From positions 1 to 42,062 of the IMG/VR virus record IMGVR_UViG_3300034126_000011: a DNA stretch of 42,062 nt; one strand, 5' to 3'. This DNA is from a virus (Duplodnaviria > Caudoviricetes). Both the position numbers and the translations under genes were made by a program. Of this stretch, positions 1 through 6,905 are shown in pieces (within the stretch, counting starts at the first letter, position 1; each line of letters starts with the position of its first letter). Under the pieces are notes generated by a model, which had not been told where the DNA came from, did not search any database, and was given only the letters and a program-made list of their open reading frames with translations.

Positions 1-393
1 ATGCTGGGATCCGTCCCTCTGTTTATCCTTCTCTGGACGATCTCCTCCCTACCCATATGCTGGCCTAGGTCAACCGTCCTCGCGTCTCCTGCGCCCTCTC
101 AGGGCCTCTCAGCCCGTGTTGACATCGTCCCCCAAATGTATGCTGGGAGCTGACTCGGCCAAGCCCGACGAATGGTCATTGACGGCCCGGTCCTCCTCGT
201 GATTCAATGAGCACCTCGTCAAGGATCAACGACAGGGCGCGGGAGGTCGGCCAAGCGGCATGCGACAGGGGGGTATCGTGCGTTTTGAGTCCGAGGGATG
301 CCAGCGCATAAGGATTTAATTTTTGGGTCGCACTCTAGTCAGCCCTCTGATAACAAAGGGCTCAGTACAGTACTACGGTAACTCTTCCCACTC
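1..393. repeat. Direct terminal repeat, copy at late (right) genome end
   Basis: 1-393 matches 41670-42062 apart from two short divergent patches (~128-143, ~184-192) and a G-run length difference; size typical of T7-supergroup terminal repeats. Confidence 0.9.
341..362 (-). terminator. Stem-loop just after the last late gene (possible terminator or 3' stabiliser)
   Basis: Minus-strand RNA AGCCCUUUG-UUAU-CAGAGGGCU, 10 nt after the stop at 373; no strong U-tract. Confidence 0.45.
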
Positions 394-879
394 TACAGAG
401 TAGACGCCTGAGGTAGTTCCGGTCACACCGATAGAGATGTAGTAGGTCCCAGCAGCTAGTGCACGAACTCCCTGTGAAGCATTGACGATACCCACACCAG
501 CGCCGGAGGCTGCACGGATAACTTCTCGCTCAGTACTCCCGGCAATCGTACCGCCCACGGTAGCAGTGGTATTACCGACTACAGGACCGTCGAGCAAGTA
601 CTTACCGAACTTGGTCGTGAGTGCGGTAAAGGAGCCACCTTCAGTACCGCCTTGCGAGATTACAGCACGAGCGTTACCGGCATCGCAGTAGAGCACTTGC
701 GAAGTCAGGTAGAAGGGCTTAGCGAAGACGAGTTTGATCACGGTAGCAGCAGAGAACTCACGATAGAGCCGGAACTGCCGCTTAGCCTCAAACCCGGAGG
801 TCTGATTCTGTACGTACAGCGAGTTAGCACTGGAGTTAATGCGCTCAGGGTTGTTCTGACGTTGGTTATAGCCGTTCAT
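373..879 (-). CDS. Hypothetical late protein, beta-strand rich, possibly a minor virion protein (168 aa)
   Basis: ORF with GAGG RBS, ATGA overlap with o-spanin stop; last gene of late operon; Gly/Thr/Val-rich. Confidence 0.7.
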   Translation of the reverse strand: MNGYNQRQNNPERINSSANSLYVQNQTSGFEAKRQFRLYREFSAATVIKLVFAKPFYLTSQVLYCDAGNARAVISQGGTEGGSFTALTTKFGKYLLDGPVVGNTTATVGGTIAGSTEREVIRAASGAGVGIVNASQGVRALAAGTYYISIGVTGTTSGVYSVEWEELP

Positions 880-1118
880 TTAGTTTCCTCATACCCATTA
901 CGGGCGTTACAGGCGTCCACTTCTTGGACATAGGCAAGGAGGCCTTGGGATAGGCCACCCTGAGTTGATGGATCAATCAGCGGGTGTTGGCACGGGCTGA
1001 AGTCTGGCGCAGTTTGCACGGGCGCACAGGCTGTCACGGACAGCATCAGGAATACGAACGTCAGCCCAATCCCGATTCGAACGAAGAGCAGCATCAAGAG
1101 ATACACGAAGTTCAGCAT
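876..1118 (-). CDS. Rz1: o-spanin (Rz1-like lipoprotein); true start may be a downstream Met
   Basis: Hydrophobic signal ending in lipobox V-T-A-C, Pro/Cys-containing mature part, overlaps the i-spanin in another frame. Confidence 0.8.
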   Translation of the reverse strand: MLNFVYLLMLLFVRIGIGLTFVFLMLSVTACAPVQTAPDFSPCQHPLIDPSTQGGLSQGLLAYVQEVDACNARNGYEETK

Positions 1119-1299
1119 TGCGGTGATTCACCTTGGATACGGAGAGCTGAATACGCTTTGCTTGGGCCTGAGCCTGCGTCAGCGCGGTTTGGGAGTCAGT
1201 GTATAGGCCACGGTAGCGGCTCACCTCTGCCCAGCCCCAGAGAGCCATACAGGCGCTCAGGAGGAGGGAGGCGATCAGGATGATAGTGGTGCGAGACAC
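973..1299 (-). CDS. Rz: i-spanin (Rz-like)
   Basis: N-terminal TM helix, coiled coil, C-terminal W-A-D-x-x-I-P-D-A-V motif; directly after endolysin. Confidence 0.85.
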   Translation of the reverse strand: MSRTTIILIASLLLSACMALWGWAEVSRYRGLYTDSQTALTQAQAQAKRIQLSVSKVNHRNAELRVSLDAALRSNRDWADVRIPDAVRDSLCARANCARLQPVPTPAD

Positions 1300-1745
1300 A
1301 GGTTGACCTCTGCCGAACGGCGGTTGATGAGTCCCTTGGAGACGACCTTGCGGCCCTTCACGGTGACCTTGTTGAACAGGGCCATCGCTTGGCAGCCGCC
1401 ACGGTAGTCCCCGGCGTTGATCTTGCGGAAGGCGGTCGAGTCCATGCAGGCGGAGTCACCGACGTTGTAACAGAAGAAGGTCAGGGCGGTCTGCTGGTTC
1501 ACGTTCAGGGGAACTGTGATGCCCTTCAGGACGCTCTTCTCGTGCTTCTGGTAGTCACGTACGGTCATGTCCCAGCACTGCTGCGGGGTGGCCGTCTGGC
1601 CCATCCTGACGCCACCGGTAGTCCCCGCACAGATGGTGGGAACTCCAGCGATGTCGCGATAGGCAGTCAGCTCCAGCCCCTCTAGCTGATAGAGGCCACC
1701 GATGGCAGCCGCTAGAGCTGCACCGATGAGGGCCTTATTGCGCAT
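1275..1745 (-). CDS. SAR endolysin, GH24 (T4-lysozyme/R21-like) muramidase
   Basis: Gly/Ala-rich weakly hydrophobic N-terminus (KALIGAALAAAIGGL) then E-8x-D-5x-T triad (EGLELTAYRDIAGVPT), YNVG and GLINRR motifs. Confidence 0.92.
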   Translation of the reverse strand: MRNKALIGAALAAAIGGLYQLEGLELTAYRDIAGVPTICAGTTGGVRMGQTATPQQCWDMTVRDYQKHEKSVLKGITVPLNVNQQTALTFFCYNVGDSACMDSTAFRKINAGDYRGGCQAMALFNKVTVKGRKVVSKGLINRRSAEVNLCLAPLSS

Positions 1746-2299
1746 TAGCTTGCAGACAGCACGCCGCCAGTGCAGACACCGGCAACGATGGTTGGAGTGA
1801 AGAAGGTGCCGGAGCCAGTGACGGTCCAGCCGGACTGCTTCACGCCGTTGACGATTACGCCGACGGTGGATGCCAGCTTGATGTTGGACTCCAGACCTAC
1901 GGCCACGGTACGCACGTTGACGCCGGGGATCACAGTGCCGGCAGAGTTCTGCACGACAGGGACCACGGAGGCATCGACGATGGCGGTAGAAGCGGAGAGA
2001 GCCACGCCAGTGATCACGCCACCGGCTACGGTAGCAGTACCGGCCTTGGACACCGAGCCAGCCGAGTTCTTCACGGTGACAGTGCCGGAGTTGGAGACGA
2101 CTGCCTGAGTCGCGGGCAGCACTGGACCGGCGTAGCCCGGAGTCACGGTAGCGGCATGGGCGAGGAAGGCGGCGAACAGCGGCTCAGGAGTGCCCAAGAC
2201 ATCGGCGTCTTCCAGTTGGGAGATGACGCGAGCTACTTCCTTACGGATGGTCTGTGCCAGTGGGCTGAGGCCGGGATTCTTCAGAGTGATAACTTGCAT
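1745..2299 (-). CDS. Putative virion decoration/appendage protein with three ~40-aa beta repeats (184 aa)
   Basis: TAGGAG RBS; Val/Gly/Thr/Ala-rich; units ending GVALSAS / NIKLAS / GGVLSAS. Confidence 0.6.
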   Translation of the reverse strand: MQVITLKNPGLSPLAQTIRKEVARVISQLEDADVLGTPEPLFAAFLAHAATVTPGYAGPVLPATQAVVSNSGTVTVKNSAGSVSKAGTATVAGGVITGVALSASTAIVDASVVPVVQNSAGTVIPGVNVRTVAVGLESNIKLASTVGVIVNGVKQSGWTVTGSGTFFTPTIVAGVCTGGVLSAS

Positions 2300-2316
2300 G
2301 ATGTAGCTCCTATGAG

Positions 2317-4074
2317 TTAGCGTCTGCGAAGTACAGAGCGCGAGGCTTTGACGGACGACTTGCGGTCGTACCTAGTCTTGTTGAATGGGTCAGCCATCTT
2401 GGCCGCAAGCTCCGCTTCACGGACCTCGCGCTCCTTCTTGGCACTGTCTTGGTTGAGCTGCTTGATCCAGAAGCCTACCGAGCCTGCAAGGGCGTCGAGT
2501 CTGTCATCGTGAATCAGGCACTTAGGATCACGAGTGATCTTAGCGATCTGCTGCATGAGGCAGTAGGTCTGTCTCTTGTCCATCGGGTGCCGCTGAGTGG
2601 ACTCCCAGTCCTCTAGCACAAAGGCTTCGTCGAAGATCAGGGAACCCCGGCCCATGATAGGCTCCAGAGTGTCGATGATTCGCTGTTCCTTGTTAGTGCC
2701 TTCGAACGTCTCAGTGATGCCGCCAGTCCAGCCAACCGTCACTAGGTACGGCTCAAGGATCTTGCGGAATGCACCGAAGCCGAAGTTCTTCTCGATGTCG
2801 ATCATGTCGGGGTTCCAGCGCTTAATAGTCTGCGCCAGTTCCTTCATGTCCTTATCTTCGAAGCCGCCGGGAATTGCACCAACCTTACGGGCGAACACGT
2901 TACCGTTCAGGAACTCGGTGACGGCATAGCCAGTTTCGTCCCCGTTCTTACCGCCACCAGCCGGGTCGATGCGCATGTGCCGGAGTACAGGCTTGGCAAC
3001 GTCTTGGGAGACGTACTGTGGCACTGTCATCTGGAACTTGAGCGAGCCGGCGGTGTAGTCACGAACGTGGTCGTGCGACATGCCACGGACGACGTTCAGT
3101 GGAAGTAGCTCACCGAGTCGCATGATGACGATGTTGATGGGCTTGAGCGGGTAGCGCAGGGCGTCAGAGAGCTTCGTGCTCAGCATGTGCTGGAGCTGGA
3201 AGAATGCCGGACCTTGCTTCATCTCCTTGGCTTGCAGGGACTCCTCGGGCATAAGCTGGGAGTCCGTTGGTTGGCCCTGAGAGCCGTCGAGCCCGCCGCC
3301 TAGGGCGAGGTCAGGGTCGAGGTCCAACTGCCCACGGATGTACGGGGCGAGCGCTGAGCCGTAATTGTCCATCTGCTCGGGCGTCGGGAAACGGCCCGGC
3401 CAGATGCGGACGGCGAAGCCCATTTGCGGGAGCTGGTTGTAGATGGAGCTGTCCGTCTGAGGCGTACCGAGATACACGATCCGACCGGCAGCGTCCTGCA
3501 CGATGGACGCGAAGTCCCGGCAGTTCTGCATCAGTTGCTCACGCATGGTCGCAGTGCGCGCCAGCTTGTAGGACTCAACGTCATCCGCGATCAGCAGGGT
3601 TGCACGCTTACCTTGCAAGTTACCGGTGATACCGGTACACGCAACGGAGGGCGACTTCTGCGGGCCACGGAGGTTGAAGTTGATGTCGAACGCTTCCACC
3701 GACTGGCGGTCGTTCTTGTTGATGTTGGGCCGCATGCACTCCAGAATTTCTGTGTTCATGATGAGCTTGACGATGAGCGTCGAGATCTCGTTGGCCTGCT
3801 TGCCGCCCGCAGATACGATCAGCACCGATCCGCGAGGATGGTGAATCAAGTACCAGATAGCGAACAGCGCTGTGATCGTGGACTTGGCCTGACCCCGTTG
3901 CGCTTGGATCATCAAGTCCTTAGGACCGAACTCCAGAAACGCGCCGATGTCAAGTTGCAGTTGGGTGGTAGAGTATCCCAGCACCTTCATCATAACGATA
4001 AGGAAACGATTGAAGGTGGGGAAAGTGCGTTGCAAGAGAAGCAGTTGCTTCTCCTCAGCGTTTAACTCTCTCAT
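2317..4074 (-). CDS. terL: Terminase large subunit
   Basis: Walker A AQRGQAKS, Walker B LLIADDVE, YLGTPQ coupling motif, nuclease DPAGGG..DETG and HDDRLDA; T7 gp19-like. Confidence 0.96.
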   Translation of the reverse strand: MRELNAEEKQLLLLQRTFPTFNRFLIVMMKVLGYSTTQLQLDIGAFLEFGPKDLMIQAQRGQAKSTITALFAIWYLIHHPRGSVLIVSAGGKQANEISTLIVKLIMNTEILECMRPNINKNDRQSVEAFDINFNLRGPQKSPSVACTGITGNLQGKRATLLIADDVESYKLARTATMREQLMQNCRDFASIVQDAAGRIVYLGTPQTDSSIYNQLPQMGFAVRIWPGRFPTPEQMDNYGSALAPYIRGQLDLDPDLALGGGLDGSQGQPTDSQLMPEESLQAKEMKQGPAFFQLQHMLSTKLSDALRYPLKPINIVIMRLGELLPLNVVRGMSHDHVRDYTAGSLKFQMTVPQYVSQDVAKPVLRHMRIDPAGGGKNGDETGYAVTEFLNGNVFARKVGAIPGGFEDKDMKELAQTIKRWNPDMIDIEKNFGFGAFRKILEPYLVTVGWTGGITETFEGTNKEQRIIDTLEPIMGRGSLIFDEAFVLEDWESTQRHPMDKRQTYCLMQQIAKITRDPKCLIHDDRLDALAGSVGFWIKQLNQDSAKKEREVREAELAAKMADPFNKTRYDRKSSVKASRSVLRRR

Positions 4075-4376
4075 TGCATTGTGACCGGATTGTTAGCGAA
4101 GTCATCGAAGATGGCTTGCAGCTCTTCCGCCGATACAGTACCCTCAGTAGCGGCGGCCAGCCCAGCGCTGAGCGCCCTGATGTCTGTCGATGCGTCGGGA
4201 TCTGCTTGGATGTTGTTGTCCTTGAGGAAGGCACGAAGCACAGCAGCTTCCGCCGCAGTCATCGGGATGTCGTATTCTCTGCCCTCTTCATCCGTACCGG
4301 TTCGGGTCATGCAGTCCATGAGATACTGCGCGAACATCTCGTGCAGTTTGCCCATAGTCTTTTCGGATGCTGCCAT
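4071..4376 (-). CDS. terS: Terminase small subunit
   Basis: 101 aa directly upstream of TerL (ATGA overlap); A.EAAVLRAFLKDNNI motif typical of phiKMV-type TerS. Confidence 0.85.
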   Translation of the reverse strand: MAASEKTMGKLHEMFAQYLMDCMTRTGTDEEGREYDIPMTAAEAAVLRAFLKDNNIQADPDASTDIRALSAGLAAATEGTVSAEELQAIFDDFANNPVTMQ

Positions 4377-4377
4377 A

Positions 4378-4545
4378 CTATTTCTCCTTCTTAACGATTT
4401 TGTCTCGGATGAACACGTACAACTGAAGTGCAGTCAGCACCGCCGACATTACCAGAACGGCAGTCGGGAGTGCAGCTACAAACCAGTTAGACAGGCCCAC
4501 CGCCCATGCTTGAAGTACCACCATCAGGCCAGTGAGCCGTTCCAT
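4378..4545 (-). CDS. Holin/pinholin (55 aa, absent from ORF track)
   Basis: My translation MERLTGLMVVLQAWAVGLSNWFVAALPTAVLVMSAVLTALQLYVFIRDKIVKKEK; TAGGAG RBS; two hydrophobic segments and basic C-tail; T7 gp17.5 position. Confidence 0.8.
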   Translation of the reverse strand: MERLTGLMVVLQAWAVGLSNWFVAALPTAVLVMSAVLTALQLYVFIRDKIVKKEK

Positions 4546-4560
4546 GTAGCTAGTCTCCTA

Positions 4561-6837
4561 TTAGGACAAGTAGTCGAGAGGGTAGATATCAACAACGTAC
4601 GTCAGGAGACGGAGGTTGCCTGTGGCATTGTGTCGTACGCGAGTGGTCCATTTCTGGCCCGGTACTCCACGGAGAATTGCAGTGTAGCTGAAGCGGTCCG
4701 ATGCCGGGTTTGTGCCACGCAGGAACGTGTCTCCACCTACCCAAGTGCCACCCTCATCGTTGACCGAGCATTCAACGGTCTTCGGTGCCCCGGAATCTGC
4801 ACCGGCGCCGATAACGTGGTTCTCGATGTCGCCTCGCACTGTCAACATGAGTCGAGTGCAGGTAGGCGGCATGACAATCTCGGTAGGCAGGGCCGGGTTG
4901 AACGCTCCCAGAGTGTCGTCCGTAACAGACATGACGATTGGCGCAGTAGCGAAGGCGTTGGGCAGGTTCGGGATCGATGGCTGAGTCAGCTCGGTCCGGC
5001 GCCCATTGCTCAAGTACTTCCGCAGTGCCAGCGGGATACGGGATCCAGACAGCCCATCGACGTTAGCCCCGCCCATCGCACGGATGTTCAGCTCGATGTA
5101 GTTGTACGCCTTGAGGCCGGTTGCGGTTTCCCATGCAGCGATGTGCGCAGCGATATCCAGACCACCAGAGATGATGTATGGGATGCCGATTGGGCCCATC
5201 ACGCCCTCGATCAGGATGTTCTGAGGCACACCGCCAGAGCAGTTCAGGATGCAGGAGTCTGGTCCGGTTGTGGACCCGCCGTAGCACCAACCGCCCTGCA
5301 CGGACACCATGAACCCCACGCGGTTGTTCACTCGCTCCATTGGAGACAGGTGAACTACGATTGGGATGCCGGCATCCTCGCCACCGTAGCGGCAATCGCG
5401 AGAGAAGAACGAGCCGTAGTTGTACACCCATGCCACGCCGGGTACTCGGTCAACGCCCTGCACGCCCATGGAGGGCACGCCGAACATCTTGGTGAAGATC
5501 ATCACAGAGTGCCCGGTCTGATCCAGACGAGAGTTGATGAACGCGGCAGTGCCGGCCAACATGCGGGTCTTGGTCTGCTGAACCCAGCAGTTGTCTACTG
5601 CGAACTGGTCACAGACGCTATAAGCTACCTGTGCGTTGTTCAGCAGTTTGCAGTTGCGCACCGAGAAGTTCGCAGACAGGTGGTTCCAAGTAGCGTGAGT
5701 CGAGTAGGTGTAGAAGCAGAACTCCTTGGCCAAGTGAAACTCGCACTGGTAGAAGTCGATCATGGTGCCGTTGATGTTCGCGTTGAACACATGCACCTGC
5801 CGCTTGCCACCGACGAACTTGATGCCCGCCACCCGCCACATGTAGACCGAGCCTGCGAAGATATCGACAGTGGACGGCGCAGCAATGATAGTGTCTTCGC
5901 CCTCAACGTTCAGGTATGCCGGGATGTTGGCCGGTGTGCCCGAGAGCGAGAGAACGCGAGGAGGCAGAACCAGCTTAGGCACAGCGGCGGCATAGGCCGA
6001 GCTGACACCGTCGACGGTTTGCAACCCGCCAGCCAGACGCGCAGTCAAGTAGGCGAAGGCCCGGTCGAAACCGGCCGTATCGTCAACGTCGATTGCCAGC
6101 TTGAAGTCGTCGAAGTGCACGATGCGGTCCGAGAACTGTTGCAGCGTGCCCGGATCGGCGCCTACTGCCTTCTTGGCAAACGGGATCTTATCCGCGCCAT
6201 AGTCCCCGTACAACGGCAGTACGTGCCCGGCACGTCCGTTGAAGGATTGCATCGGACCGTCTTCGACGGACTCAAGGATATCCTGAACGAGCTGATTGGT
6301 CTGTACGGCTAGATCGTTAGCAGCAGTGGCCAAGGACTCAGCAGCCAGTGCGGCGATCTGAGCAGCGGATGCAGCAGCGAAGGCCGCAGCACTGTCTAGG
6401 ATCGCGGTGTTGATAATGCCTTCCACGGTGCTGATGCGGACGGCGGAGAGGGTTACCTCGTCCTCGACCTCAGCAGCAACGAAGATGCTTTGTCGAGCTT
6501 GCAGGTCCAGATCCAACTCGCTCACTGTCTGCCGGTCGCGGTAGTCAACAAGCGGGAAGCGGATCTCGGTCTTGCGATAGATCTTGACCCGGCGACCGGC
6601 CACGATGGGCAGTCCCGAGATGCGTACGGACGACGGTGTGAGGAGAGAGCAGGCACGGTCAACCGTCTGCTCCACGCCATTGTCGTCAACGAAGACTTCC
6701 TGCGCCTTCACGTCCTCCGGATAGAGGTACGGCGTAGTGCCGGATACGTCACCGGGCTGGACTCCCTCGAAGTTGAACGAGTAGTCAGTCGCTGTGCCGT
6801 TGGAGACGTAGATGTTAGTTGCGTGCAAAGTAGCCAT
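4561..6837 (-). CDS. Tailspike/tail fibre: T7 gp17-like anchor plus pectate-lyase-like beta-helix (probable depolymerase), 758 aa
   Basis: Start re-called at 6837 (AAAGGAG RBS); anchor (YSFNF...VKIYRKT...LDLQARQSIF), Ala-rich coil, SFNGRAG motif, DDTAGFDRAF beta-helix cap. Confidence 0.88.
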   Translation of the reverse strand: MATLHATNIYVSNGTATDYSFNFEGVQPGDVSGTTPYLYPEDVKAQEVFVDDNGVEQTVDRACSLLTPSSVRISGLPIVAGRRVKIYRKTEIRFPLVDYRDRQTVSELDLDLQARQSIFVAAEVEDEVTLSAVRISTVEGIINTAILDSAAAFAAASAAQIAALAAESLATAANDLAVQTNQLVQDILESVEDGPMQSFNGRAGHVLPLYGDYGADKIPFAKKAVGADPGTLQQFSDRIVHFDDFKLAIDVDDTAGFDRAFAYLTARLAGGLQTVDGVSSAYAAAVPKLVLPPRVLSLSGTPANIPAYLNVEGEDTIIAAPSTVDIFAGSVYMWRVAGIKFVGGKRQVHVFNANINGTMIDFYQCEFHLAKEFCFYTYSTHATWNHLSANFSVRNCKLLNNAQVAYSVCDQFAVDNCWVQQTKTRMLAGTAAFINSRLDQTGHSVMIFTKMFGVPSMGVQGVDRVPGVAWVYNYGSFFSRDCRYGGEDAGIPIVVHLSPMERVNNRVGFMVSVQGGWCYGGSTTGPDSCILNCSGGVPQNILIEGVMGPIGIPYIISGGLDIAAHIAAWETATGLKAYNYIELNIRAMGGANVDGLSGSRIPLALRKYLSNGRRTELTQPSIPNLPNAFATAPIVMSVTDDTLGAFNPALPTEIVMPPTCTRLMLTVRGDIENHVIGAGADSGAPKTVECSVNDEGGTWVGGDTFLRGTNPASDRFSYTAILRGVPGQKWTTRVRHNATGNLRLLTYVVDIYPLDYLS

Positions 6838-6861
6838 CGTGACTCCTTTCTGAATGGTTTC

Positions 6862-6887
6862 GTAGTCTATGGGTGCCCAATTGATTT
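6862..6887 (-). promoter_or_regulatory. Phage RNAP promoter upstream of tailspike
   Basis: AAATCAATTGGGCACCCATAGACTAC; 38 bp (6853-6890) identical to 18000-18037. Confidence 0.88.
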
Positions 6888-6905
6888 TGGGCACCTCATA
6901 GGGTT

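Noticed and set aside
4081-6312. 743-aa plus-strand ORF
   Set aside because: Antisense shadow of tailspike/holin/terS; no RBS or plus-strand promoter seen, no recognisable motifs; long antisense frames are expected from GC-rich codon bias
6838-6894. N-terminal extension MPKINWAPIDY of the tailspike, echoed as QINWAPIDY in ORF 41465-41725
   Set aside because: Both are translations of the phage promoter sequence, not a shared protein motif; the true start is 6837
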